64,000 nucleotides of DNA. It comes from an uncultured Thermoleophilia bacterium (GTDB lineage: Bacteria > Actinomycetota > Thermoleophilia > UBA2241). The stretch is from NCBI GenBank assembly GCA_963713475.1, contig CAVQLY010000017.1:37606-101605 (forward strand), written 5' to 3'. Under the pieces are notes generated by a model that did not search any database, had not been told where the DNA came from, and was given only the letters and a program-made list of their open reading frames with translations. The stretch's first letter is position 1. Each line of letters begins with the position of its first letter. Both the position numbers and the translations under genes were made by a program. Below are positions 26,960 through 36,475 of this stretch, piece after piece.

Positions 26960-28818
26960 ATGAAAGGAAGATACGGCATCCGACTGGGCTGGCTGATCCT
27001 GGTGCTGCTCGTGATCCTGGCGTTGGGATCCGTCGTGGCGGCGTGTGGCTCACCCAGCTCCAGCTCGGCCTCCGGCGCCCCGAGCGCAGAGGGGAACGCG
27101 GCGAGCCCAGCCGTCCTCGCGACGCCGACGGCAATCGCGACGGACCGGCCCAACGTGCCCTCCGCAGAGATCATGGCCGTCCTGGAGGGTCGCATCGCCG
27201 CCATGAACGAGGGTGACGGTGCTGCTGCGGCGGCCTTCTACACGGAGGACGGAGTCCTCGAGGAGACCGACTTGACGCCCCATCTCGTATCCACGGGGCG
27301 AGAGCGGCTGGCGGCGAGGTTCGACGACCTCTATCGCGCAGGGCCTGCGCCTCGCCCCCGCCGGCACGCCGATCGCCTACGACAGGTACGTCGCCGAGCC
27401 GACACGGTTCTACAACGGCAACGAGCCGGGGCGCGGCGCCGGCATGCTCGTCTTCGAGATCGGTGCCGGCAACAAGCTCGCGTATCAGTGGATGATCGGC
27501 TGGGCCGCGGGGCCCGAGGAGGCCTTCGCGCATCACGAAGTCGCCGGCGGTCGACCGGCCCAACCTGCCGCCGCGCCGGGTCATGAAGGTCCTCGATGGC
27601 CTCACGGCGGCCATCAACCGCGGCGATGGTCAGGCCGCGGCCTCCTACTTCGCCGAGGATGGCAAGCAGGAGGAGCTGAACGAGGAGCCGAGTCTCGTCT
27701 TCAAAGGACGCGAGGCCATCGCGACCCGGCTCGAGGAGCTCCACGGCATGGGCCTGCGCCTCGCGTCGGCGGGAGCGCCCATCACCTACGACAAGTACGT
27801 CGCCGAGCCAGTACGCTTCTTCAACGGAGACGGCTCCGGACGAGGTGCGGGGATGCTCGTCTTCGAGTTCGACCCCGCGTACAAGATCGCCCACGAGTGG
27901 GTCATCGGATGGGCGGACGAGTCCGCCGATGGCAGCCAGGCGGCAGCGACCGGCACGACGACCTCGCCGACAAGCGCCGGTCCTGGGGAGATCGCCTTCA
28001 CCAAAGGCACCCTGAGTGGAAGCCTGATCCAGGAGGAGGGCATCTACCTGGTGCATGCCGACGGTACGGGACTTACTCCTCTTGTCGCCGAGGCCGGCGC
28101 AAGGAACCCCGCCTGGTCGCCGGACGGCGCCAGCATCGCCTACTTCGACGGGAGGGGCGTCAATGTCATCAACGCGGACGGGTCCGGGAAGCGGTTCGTC
28201 ACGGCTGCGAAGGCCTGGGGAGGTTGGGCAGGGTGGCTCACCTGGTCGCCCGACGGCGCGCAGATCGCCTTCACCAGCTACACCGGGGACAAGAGCGACC
28301 TCTACCTGGTCAACGCGGACGGGAGCGCCCGAAGGCAGCTCACGCACGGGCAGGCCAAGACCAGGGTGGGACACCTGGGATGGGCTCCGGACGGACGGAT
28401 CTTCTTCGACAGGCGCGCCGGCGACGCCGGAGAGACGCGGATCTACTCGATCAACGCCGACGGTACAGGGCTGACCGCGCTCAGGGACGTACCCGGCATC
28501 GGCTCCTTCTCGCTCTCGGCGGACGGCAAATGGCTGTTGGTGTGGGAGGCGAACGGCCTCGTGCGCGTGCCCGCGTCAGGCTCGAGGCCGCGCAGGGAAG
28601 TGCTCGTCACGTTCGGGATCACGCAGCGGATCAAGGCGCGATCGTTCTTCGCGCTTGCTTCCGCGTGGGCGCCGGACGGCAAGAGGATCGCGATCGCTGC
28701 GGACCAGCAGGCCTGGATCCCTCCGACCCCTCTCTGGGTCATAGGCGCGGACGGCCGGCACCTCAGGAGGATCCCGCACGCGGGCGCGGGCTGGAACGCC
28801 GCGTGGCGACCGGAGTAG
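26960..28818 (+). CDS. lipoprotein with tandem-duplicated NTF2/SnoaL-like domain and C-terminal TolB-like beta-propeller (split by >=3 frameshifts)
   Basis: RBS GGGGGAGG; lipobox VVAACGS. Repeat 1 (IMAVLEGRIAAMNEGDGAAAAAFYTEDG...MLVFEIGAGNKLAYQWMIGWA) and repeat 2 (VMKVLDGLTAAINRGDGQAAASYFAEDG...MLVFEFDPAYKIAHEWVIGWA) are collinear across three frames. They are followed by PD40-type blades (WSPDGASIAY, WSPDGAQIAF, WAPDGRIFF, WAPDGKRIAI). Confidence 0.5.
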
Positions 28819-28976
28819 GAGCATGGCGCCGAGCCGCTGCGCATCCGCTTCCGTTGGGGACGTGTATGGTTCTCCTGCTGGCCACCGTGGACGGTCGAGC
28901 GCCGGGTGGTCACGCTCTGGCCCGGCCCCTCCCGGTCAGGCCTCGGTCTGGTGGCGATGCGTCGAGGAGCGTCGCC

Positions 28977-29552
28977 GTGGCACGCGTGGACGATGCGGAT
29001 GCAGTCCGTGACGAGCTGGACCCGGAGGTCCTGCGGCGGGCGAAGCGTGGCGACCGGGACGCGTTCGTGCGACTGATGGACCACTACGACCGCCGTCTGC
29101 GGTCGCTCGCCTTCCGCCTGCTTGACGACCGTGACGACGCGATCGACGCCATGCAGGACGTCTACGTGAAGGCGTTCGGCGCGCTGCCGGGGTTCCGGGA
29201 GAAGTCCTCGGTCGGCACCTGGCTCTACCGCATCACCTACACCACGTGCTGCGAGCACCTGCGACAACGCAGACGCAGCCCCCTCCATCTCGACGACGAG
29301 GAGCCACCGGCCTCCTCGTCGTCAGCGCGGGATCCGGCCGACGAGGCCACCCTGCACGCTGACCTGGCCGTCGCGCTGCGCTCCCTCAGCCCGGAGGCCC
29401 GGGCCGCCGTCCTGCTCGTCGACCGCGACGGCTACGACTACCGCACGGCCGCGGGCATCCTCGACATCCCGCAGGGGACGCTGGCGTCGCGGTTGTCGGC
29501 GGCCCACGCCGTGCTGCGGCGGGCGCTGCGCGGAGAGGAGGCGCCGTCATGA
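28977..29552 (+). CDS. ECF sigma factor (paralog of 22615..23274), GTG start
   Basis: Region 2 DAIDAMQDVYVKAFGALPGFREKSSVGTWLYRITYTTCCEHL and region 4 LSPEARAAVLLVDRDGYDYRTAAGILDIPQGTLASRLSAAHAVLRRAL; stop overlaps anti-sigma start. Confidence 0.75.
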   Translation: MARVDDADAVRDELDPEVLRRAKRGDRDAFVRLMDHYDRRLRSLAFRLLDDRDDAIDAMQDVYVKAFGALPGFREKSSVGTWLYRITYTTCCEHLRQRRRSPLHLDDEEPPASSSSARDPADEATLHADLAVALRSLSPEARAAVLLVDRDGYDYRTAAGILDIPQGTLASRLSAAHAVLRRALRGEEAPS

Positions 29553-31045
29553 GGCGCCGCAAGGACGACGTGAACGGCGGCGAGAGGCGCGATCTCGAAC
29601 TCGGACGCGCGCTCGAAGAACTCGACGCGCCGGAGTACCCGCCGGGCTTCCTCGCCGCCGTATGGGCGCGCGTGGACGCCGGAGAGGTGGCGGCGCGCGA
29701 GGCAACGGACGGCGCGGCCGCGGCGCGGCCGCTCAAGTCCCGCCGGCGGTGGTTCCGCCGCCCTGCGTTCGTGGCGACCGCAGCCGCCGTGGCGGTCGGG
29801 GCCGTCATCGCCGTGGCCTTCCTCGCCGGCGTGCCCGGCATCTCCAGGTTGAGCGGCCCCGAACCGGTCTCCGCCGCCGAGGTCATCCAGAAGGCGCTGC
29901 GGGCGATGTCCTCCGGCAAGACGCTGGTCATCGCCCACACCGCGAGGGAGATCGACGGCTACGTCCCGGGCGGCGAGGCGGACTACAGGACCACCCACGT
30001 CCGCCTCGTCATGCGCTCCGACGGCAGCTACCGGCTGGTGCAGACCGACGTCGCTCCCGTCTCCGTGGCCAAGGGTAGGCCGCGGCAGGGGTACGAGGGA
30101 GGCGTCTACGATGCTCCCACCGGCGTCTTTCGCCACTACGTCGTCGGGTGGGAGGAGGATGCCGGCAGGTACATGCGCGAAGCGGAGGTGACCACCGGCT
30201 GGCCGCTCGGGCCACCGGACACCTGGGTCAGCCTGGAGAGCGGCGTCCAGTCCGTGGCGCTGGCGCTGCGGTCCGCCGGCCGCGCGACGGTGACGACGAC
30301 CTCCTTCGCCGGCCGGCCGGTCTGGGTCATCTCCGCAACCGGGGTGATGGCCCTGCGCGACAAGACCGAACGTCAGACGATCGCGATCGACAGGCAGACC
30401 TGCCTGCCGCTCCGCGTGCAGGCGTGGAAGGACGGCATCCTCCAGGTCGAGTACACGTGGCGCTACGTCAGCGTAGACGCCCCGGTGCCGGAGTCGGCCT
30501 TCACGACTATCCCGACGAACCACATGAAGACGAAGCACTCCGACGGCGGCTTCCGCAGGTGGCCGCTGGCCAAGATCGCTGCGACGCCGGGCTACGTCGT
30601 GCTCCTGCCGGCCCGCTTGCCGGCCGGCTATCGCCTGCAGTGGGTCGCCGCCGCCGAGCGCTCGACGACGGCGAACGAGATCACCGAAGGACGCGACGTC
30701 ACGGCGCTGCAGTACGTGCGCGGCTTCGACGGCCTGACGGTCACCACGCGCACCGTGAGCGATCCCGAGGAGGCGGCCAAGTACGACCCCGTCGACTGGG
30801 AGACGTCCTACGCCGAGCTGGTGACCAGAGAAGTGACCCTGACGGGAGGGGCCTTCTCCGGCGCGACCGCTCACGTGGTCGTCGCGCCGGGCATCATGGT
30901 CCCCCACCTCTACGCGCTGAAGGGCGACGTCATGCTCACCGTCGTCGGGGCGGCGACGGCAGAGGAACTGGTCGCCGTCGCCGAGTCGACGCAGCCATAC
31001 GCGGTCAACGTCGCCTCCCCAAGCGCTCCGTCCTCGAACGACTGA
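29549..31045 (+). CDS. anti-sigma factor with large extracytoplasmic domain (498 aa), paralog of 21266..22618
   Basis: Translational coupling (ATGA) to sigma gene; single TM (AFVATAAAVAVGAVIAVAFLAG); C-terminal TAEELVAVAESTQPY conserved with paralog. Confidence 0.6.
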   Translation: MRRRKDDVNGGERRDLELGRALEELDAPEYPPGFLAAVWARVDAGEVAAREATDGAAAARPLKSRRRWFRRPAFVATAAAVAVGAVIAVAFLAGVPGISRLSGPEPVSAAEVIQKALRAMSSGKTLVIAHTAREIDGYVPGGEADYRTTHVRLVMRSDGSYRLVQTDVAPVSVAKGRPRQGYEGGVYDAPTGVFRHYVVGWEEDAGRYMREAEVTTGWPLGPPDTWVSLESGVQSVALALRSAGRATVTTTSFAGRPVWVISATGVMALRDKTERQTIAIDRQTCLPLRVQAWKDGILQVEYTWRYVSVDAPVPESAFTTIPTNHMKTKHSDGGFRRWPLAKIAATPGYVVLLPARLPAGYRLQWVAAAERSTTANEITEGRDVTALQYVRGFDGLTVTTRTVSDPEEAAKYDPVDWETSYAELVTREVTLTGGAFSGATAHVVVAPGIMVPHLYALKGDVMLTVVGAATAEELVAVAESTQPYAVNVASPSAPSSND

Positions 31046-31312
31046 TCCGGCCGCGACGAGAACCACTTCGGCCGGAACCCGTGGTTCGACGACCCGTCGC
31101 CGTGCAAGAAGAGGCGGTGGCACCCTGCGGCGCCACCGCCACGTTCCGCATCCCCCAGGGTGCCGACCCCGCCCCGCCCTAGCTTCGAGCGCCCGGCCAG
31201 CTCGGGCGCCGGCTCAATGCAGCACCGTGAATGCGCACCAGTTGTGGTACGACCAGTTCTTGTCCCCCGGCATGAACTTGTGGGTCCGGGCGTAGAAAGT
31301 CGTACGGCAGGT

Positions 31313-31339
31313 TGTCTTCACCGGATTCCGGTGATTCTC
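31313..31339. promoter_or_regulatory. copy 6 of palindromic motif (GTCTTCACCGGATTCCGGTGATTCTCC)
   Basis: Located 40 bp upstream of a 19-codon ORF (31214..31273, minus strand) and 160 bp from tRNA-Ile. Confidence 0.6.
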
Positions 31340-31498
31340 CGGGAGGGCAGGGGGTCAGAAGTGAGGGACCGGGCTTGCCTCGGCATGTGCCAAGGAGTCT
31401 CGCCACGCGCCATCCGCACCCGGGCATTTGAGCTTCAGAATGATTGCAGAACGGGGGCTGGGTGGTGGTGGGCAAACGCGATTTCGCTGGAAATCGCT

Positions 31499-31575
<77 letters not shown>

Positions 31576-31738
31576 CAAGGGGCCTTGGAGTGTAGCGAGG
31601 CGAGCCTCAGGGCGTCAACCGCGCATCTCACGAGGCGCCCCGCTCGACGACGCTAGCGACAAGGTCAACGTTGTCATCCTCTTCTGACCGGTTTACATTC
31701 CTCAAGATGACTTGTCCGCATCGAGAGGAAGGTCCATC

Positions 31739-32035
31739 ATGCCTTCTGTGAGCATCACGGAACTGAAAGCACATCTCGCCGAGTACCTGCGCCGGACCGA
31801 GAGCGGGGAGCGCTTCTTCATCACCGTTAGGGGCAAGGAGGTGGCCGAGCTCAAGCCTCCGGACCCGGAGAGGGTCGCGCTCTGGGACATGGTTCGATCC
31901 GGCGAAGCCGAGTGGAGCGGTGACTACATGATCGTCCCGTTTGATCTCCCCAAGAACGACGGGCCGCTCGTATCCGACATCGTCCTTGAGGACCGCGGAC
32001 CATATCCCGACGAACCGGATCCCGTCGGCGAATGA
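31739..32035 (+). CDS. type II antitoxin, Phd/YefM family
   Basis: MPSVSITELKAHLAEYLRRTESGERFFITVRGKEVAELKP is the classic Phd/YefM N-terminus; RBS AGGAAGG; stop overlaps toxin start (ATGA). Confidence 0.7.
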   Translation: MPSVSITELKAHLAEYLRRTESGERFFITVRGKEVAELKPPDPERVALWDMVRSGEAEWSGDYMIVPFDLPKNDGPLVSDIVLEDRGPYPDEPDPVGE

Positions 32036-32475
32036 TCATCTACCTCGATACCAGCGCATTCGTGAAGCTCGTCATCGACGAAGACGGGGCCGACCTGGCA
32101 CGCCGCTGGTTCGACGAGGCGTCGCTGGCGACATCAAGCGTCATCACCTTCCCCGAGGCGTGCTCGGCACTCGCGCGGCGTGCCAGCCGGAAGGCGGCCG
32201 CCGATGGCCGGCTGGACGACTGGCTGTCCGAGCTCGACGCACGCTGGTCCCGCACGGCGCGAGTACGGGTGGACGAGCGCGTGGCGGGACGACTCGCGGT
32301 CCAGCACGGCCTGAGAGGCATGGACGCAGTCCACCTCGGCGCGGCGGTAGCTATTCGCGAGCGCGCCCTGGCCCGATCGAGGACCGCGATGGTCACGGTG
32401 GCGGCGTTCGACCGGCGGTTGCTCGAGGCCGCCGAGCGCGAGGGCTTCGCCACGCTCGGCGGCCCTCTGAAGTAG
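32032..32475 (+). CDS. vapC: type II toxin VapC (PIN-domain ribonuclease)
   Basis: MIIYLDTSAFVKL with conserved acidic residues (D6, E43-like, D100-like) of PIN domains; coupled to antitoxin. Confidence 0.8.
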   Translation: MIIYLDTSAFVKLVIDEDGADLARRWFDEASLATSSVITFPEACSALARRASRKAAADGRLDDWLSELDARWSRTARVRVDERVAGRLAVQHGLRGMDAVHLGAAVAIRERALARSRTAMVTVAAFDRRLLEAAEREGFATLGGPLK

Positions 32476-32561
32476 TAGCCCGAAGCCGGGCGAACGCGAG
32501 GGGCCGACGGCACGGAAGCGCCGGCGGCCCCTCGCGCGTTGAGTCGCGCGTCAGTCGCGGG

Positions 32562-33809
32562 TCACGGTCCCGCGACTGGATCGACGACGAAGGTGAACGT
32601 GCCGTCCGGCGTCATCGTCGCCAGCCGGCCACCGTCGATCGGCACGGCAGCCGCGTACGTCCCCGGGACGGACGCGATCACCCATGTGTCGGTGTTGATC
32701 ACTGTTAGCGCGCCCGAGTTCGTGACGCCGGCGAGGCACTTGATCTGGTCGTCGTGCCGGAACCAGATGCTGCTTGAGGCCTCGTTGAACGTCCAGGCGC
32801 GTTTGTAGAGCATCATCGGCGTGTGATCCAGCACCGTGACCATGTACGTGCTCCACCCGAGCTGGTCGTCGCCGAACGTGTAGGCGCCCTGCACGAAGAT
32901 CCGCTGGGCGCTCACGTCCATCTGCCCGCTGGCCTCACCCTCGAACAACCGGCCGGAGAACCTGCCGAAGCGGACCCAGAGATTGCCCACGCCGCCGACG
33001 GCCTCGGAGGTCATGATGGCGGCCCTGTCCCCACTCGGGCTGAGCGCCGCGTAGGCCCAGTCGGTAATCCGGTGGGAGACGATGGTGGGCACACCCTTGC
33101 GACTGACCCGCAGCCAGTACACCATCTCACGGCGTTGGCTGGTGGACGGCAGGGACTCACCGACGACGACGCTCGAGCCATCGGCCGAGGCTGCCGCCGG
33201 ATTGACGAAGTGGGCCTCCGGCGGCACGTAGCCCAGGGCGACGTTGTGGGTGACTCCGCCCTGTCGCACGAATACGCGCGTGACTGCCTTCGCCGAGGTC
33301 TCGAGCCAGACGAGGCGCTTCGCGGTATCGGCCAGAGGCTGGACGAACTTCTTCTTGAAGCTCTTGCGGAAGAGAGTGTCACCGTCAGCGTCATACGCTC
33401 GCAGCTCCCCGTTGCGCAGCACGTTCGGATCCCCGTTCGGGAACGTCGCCACCAGCGCGGCCGGCAAGGTGCCGGATGCCGCCCAGACGTCGCCGGCCCC
33501 CGCCGACCAGACGGTCTTCCCCGTGGCGTCCGTCGCCGTGAGCGTCATCGACGGGGTGCCGCCGCCCTGCGCGTAGGTGATGGCGCCGGTAGGTTGCGCG
33601 TCGTAGATCCCGTAGGAGACATCGCCTCCCTGGGCGAGACGCGTAGCGAGCGCGCCCGGCTCCCAGCCCTTCATCGTCTCAGGGCCGACGCGGCCGCTCT
33701 TGGCGAACGCGGGCGCCGCGGCGGCGAGGCCGAGCAGCACGATGACCACGAGGAGCAGGCTGGGCAGCTTGGGTGATCCGTGTCGTCTGGCGGGAGTACG
33801 GCTGAGCAT
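32562..33809 (-). CDS. hypothetical secreted protein (415 aa)
   Basis: RBS GGAGG; signal peptide MLSRTPARRHGSPKLPSLLLVVIVLLGLAAAAPAFA; the N-terminal 340 codons of ORF-track ORF 32562..34832 are antisense shadow of the nuclease gene. Confidence 0.5.
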   Translation of the reverse strand: MLSRTPARRHGSPKLPSLLLVVIVLLGLAAAAPAFAKSGRVGPETMKGWEPGALATRLAQGGDVSYGIYDAQPTGAITYAQGGGTPSMTLTATDATGKTVWSAGAGDVWAASGTLPAALVATFPNGDPNVLRNGELRAYDADGDTLFRKSFKKKFVQPLADTAKRLVWLETSAKAVTRVFVRQGGVTHNVALGYVPPEAHFVNPAAASADGSSVVVGESLPSTSQRREMVYWLRVSRKGVPTIVSHRITDWAYAALSPSGDRAAIMTSEAVGGVGNLWVRFGRFSGRLFEGEASGQMDVSAQRIFVQGAYTFGDDQLGWSTYMVTVLDHTPMMLYKRAWTFNEASSSIWFRHDDQIKCLAGVTNSGALTVINTDTWVIASVPGTYAAAVPIDGGRLATMTPDGTFTFVVDPVAGP

Positions 33810-34013
33810 AGGGACCCCTCCTTCGACCGTGCAGACGTGCGCCTGCCGGAAGCCTCCGGTCACCGGGCGGTGCACCGGTGTGCTGAACCGAATAGTAGGG
33901 CTTCGCAGGCGAAGGTCAATCGGGTGACGGACCCATCGACCGCGCCCGAGGCGGTCTGGTACATCCGCCGCCCTACGGTGTGAGGTCCCGGCCACCTGCC
34001 GTATACTCAGACC

Positions 34014-34667
34014 ATGATGGATGTACAGGAAATGGTGATCTACGGCGTGAGCTTCGACGTGATCGGCAAGCAGCCCATCGTGCTGCTCAAGACCGTCGAG
34101 GGCAATCGCTTCCTCCCGATCTGGATCGGCCACCCCGAGGCGGCCGCGATCCTCATCAAGCTGCAGGGCACCAGTCTGCCGCGGCCGATGACCCACGATC
34201 TGCTGACCAGCGTCATCGGCAAGTTCGACGCCGAGGTCTCGCGCATCACGGTGACCGAGCTCAAGGAGAGCACCTTCTACGCACGGCTCACGCTCAAGAA
34301 GGACGGCGAGGAGGTGGACATCGACTCGCGCCCCAGCGACGCGCTCGCGCTGGCGGTGCGCACCGACGCGCCGATCTTCGCCAGCACCGAGCTCATCGAC
34401 GAGAACGCCATCGAGTTCGAGCGCGAGGTCGACGATACCGAGGAGATCGTGGAGAGCTTCCGCGACTTCCTCGAGGGCGTCTCGCCGGACGACTTCCGCA
34501 CCGCCGAGGTCACGGCCGACGACGAGGCGTTCCTCATCGACCACGACGCTGACGACGACGATGACGACGAAGACGATGACGACCTCGATGACGAAGACAT
34601 CGAGGATGACGACGACGAGGACGACGAAGAGTTCGACGACCGCGCGGGCGGCCCACCGCAGAACTAG
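34014..34667 (+). CDS. bifunctional nuclease (BFN/DUF151) family protein with poly-acidic C-terminal tail
   Basis: MMDVQEMVIYGVSFDVIGKQPIVLLKTVEGNRFLPIWIGHPEAAAILIKLQG... matches BFN-domain architecture; C-terminus is DDDDDEDDDDLDDEDIEDDDDEDDEE. Confidence 0.65.
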   Translation: MMDVQEMVIYGVSFDVIGKQPIVLLKTVEGNRFLPIWIGHPEAAAILIKLQGTSLPRPMTHDLLTSVIGKFDAEVSRITVTELKESTFYARLTLKKDGEEVDIDSRPSDALALAVRTDAPIFASTELIDENAIEFEREVDDTEEIVESFRDFLEGVSPDDFRTAEVTADDEAFLIDHDADDDDDDEDDDDLDDEDIEDDDDEDDEEFDDRAGGPPQN

Positions 34668-34722
34668 CCGCGGCGTCCCTCCGCTCTCTTCCTCCGCAGA
34701 CCCCCCCGACGAAAGGCCCGCC

Positions 34723-35013
34723 GTGAGCACGCCCAGCGACGACCCCGTGGTGAAGCAGTTCCGCGACCAGATCAGCGACAACGACCTCAAGATCATCGAG
34801 CTCATCAACAAGAGGCTCACGCTGGTCGACAAGCTGTGGCGCTACAAGGCCGAGCACGGGCTGGACATGTACGTCCCCGCGCGCGAGGAGTGGATGCTCA
34901 CCTTCCTCTCGCGCGCGAACAAGGGCCCGCTCTCGCAGGACGCGCTGCGCGAGCTCTACCGGACGATCGTCGAGACGACCAAGAGCGAAGCGACGCGGCT
35001 CGGCGCCGGCTGA
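34723..35013 (+). CDS. chorismate mutase (AroQ class), GTG start
   Basis: FRDQISDNDLKIIELINKRLTLVDKLWRYK (R-x3-I-D-x2-D-x2-L-x2-LL-x2-R pattern of AroQ helices). Confidence 0.6.
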   Translation: MSTPSDDPVVKQFRDQISDNDLKIIELINKRLTLVDKLWRYKAEHGLDMYVPAREEWMLTFLSRANKGPLSQDALRELYRTIVETTKSEATRLGAG

Positions 35014-35014
35014 G

Positions 35015-36448
35015 CTAGCCCTTGAGCACACCGAGCGGCCGCAGGCGCGCGACCTTGCGGGCCAGGCCGACGGCGGCCACGACGCCGACGACGTCGGCCA
35101 CGTCCTTGTAGGCGAACGGCGCCTCCTCGGCGAGACCGCCGACGGACGCCGCCTTGACCACGATGCCGGCGTCCTCCAGATCCCGCCGCACCTCCGCGCC
35201 GCTCCTCACCTTGCGGGCCGCGTGACGCGAGAGCAGGCGGCCCGCCCCGTGGCAGGTCGAGCCGAAGGTCTCGCGCATCGCCTGGTCCGTGCCGGCGAGC
35301 AGCCAGCTCTCGGTGCCCATGTCGCCGGGGATGATCACCGGCTGGCCGACGTCCCTGTAATCCGGCGGGACGTCGGGATGACCAGGCCCGAACGCACGCG
35401 TGGCCCCCTTGCGGTGCACGCGCACCGCGCGCTCCACACCGTCCACCACATGCACCTCGCGCTTGGCGATGTTGTGCGCCACGTCGTAGACGAGCTCCAC
35501 ACCGAGGCGCTCCCAGCTGGCGTGGAAGACCCGCTCGAACGCGCCGCGGACCTCGTGCAGCATCATCTGGCGGTTGGCGAAGGCGAAGTTGCAGGCGCAG
35601 GCCATGGCGGCGAGGTACTCGCGGGCCTCGGGCGAGCCGAGCGGCGCGCAGGCGAGCTGCCTGTCGGGCAGCTCGATGCCGGCGCGCGCCGCCACGCTCG
35701 CCATCCGGCCCACGTGGTCGGTGCAGATCTGGTGACCGAAGCCGCGCGAACCGGAGTGGATCATCGCGACCACCTGGCCGGGGCCGACGCCGAAGGCGCT
35801 CGCGGCCCGCTCGTCCAGGACCTCCTCCACCACCTGGATCTCGAGGAAGTGGTTGCCCGAGCCGAGGCTGCCGACTTGCGTGCGTCCGCGCTCGAGCGCG
35901 CGACGGCTCACCGCCGCCGCGTCCGCCCCGGGCATCGTGCCGTTCTCCTCGGTGTGCGCGAGGTCGTCCTCCGTCGCGCATCCCCGGGCGACGAGGAACG
36001 CGGCTCCCTCTTCGGCGAGCCGCTCGAGCTCGCCCTCCTTGAGCTGCAGCGCGCCGTGCGGCCCGGAGCCCTGCGGCACACGGCGCATCAGCTCGTGCAT
36101 CAGCGGCTCGAGACGCGGCCCGACGTCCTCGATGCCGAGCCCCGTCCGCACCAGCCGCACGCCACAGTTGATGTCGAAGCCGACGCCGCCCGGCGAGACC
36201 ACGCCGTCGGCCTCGTCCATGGCGGCCACGCCGCCGATCGGGAAGCCGTAGCCCCAGTGGATGTCCGGCATCGCGATGCTCGCGCTCACGATGCCGGGCA
36301 GCGTGGCCACGTTGGCGACCTGTTGCAGCGCCTCCTCGTGGCCGGCCTGGTCGAACAGGCTCGGGTGCGCGTACACACGCCCGGGCACGCGCATGCCGTC
36401 CTCGGGCGCTATCTCGTAGACGAACTCGGCGGTCTGCTCGATCCGCAT
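35015..36448 (-). CDS. rtcB: RNA-splicing ligase RtcB
   Basis: 477 aa; GVGFDINCGVRL, GSRGFGHQ, CHGAGR metal/GTP-binding motifs of RtcB. Confidence 0.9.
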   Translation of the reverse strand: MRIEQTAEFVYEIAPEDGMRVPGRVYAHPSLFDQAGHEEALQQVANVATLPGIVSASIAMPDIHWGYGFPIGGVAAMDEADGVVSPGGVGFDINCGVRLVRTGLGIEDVGPRLEPLMHELMRRVPQGSGPHGALQLKEGELERLAEEGAAFLVARGCATEDDLAHTEENGTMPGADAAAVSRRALERGRTQVGSLGSGNHFLEIQVVEEVLDERAASAFGVGPGQVVAMIHSGSRGFGHQICTDHVGRMASVAARAGIELPDRQLACAPLGSPEAREYLAAMACACNFAFANRQMMLHEVRGAFERVFHASWERLGVELVYDVAHNIAKREVHVVDGVERAVRVHRKGATRAFGPGHPDVPPDYRDVGQPVIIPGDMGTESWLLAGTDQAMRETFGSTCHGAGRLLSRHAARKVRSGAEVRRDLEDAGIVVKAASVGGLAEEAPFAYKDVADVVGVVAAVGLARKVARLRPLGVLKG

Positions 36449-36475
36449 CGCCGCGGCCCGCTCCGCCGGCCGCGG

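Noticed and set aside
12873-31339. Palindromic 26-bp element as a MITE or REP-type mobile repeat
   Set aside because: Only the ~30-bp core is conserved. There are no terminal inverted repeats beyond the dyad itself, no target-site duplications, and flanks are unrelated. Placement is always promoter-proximal and orientation-consistent relative to the downstream gene.
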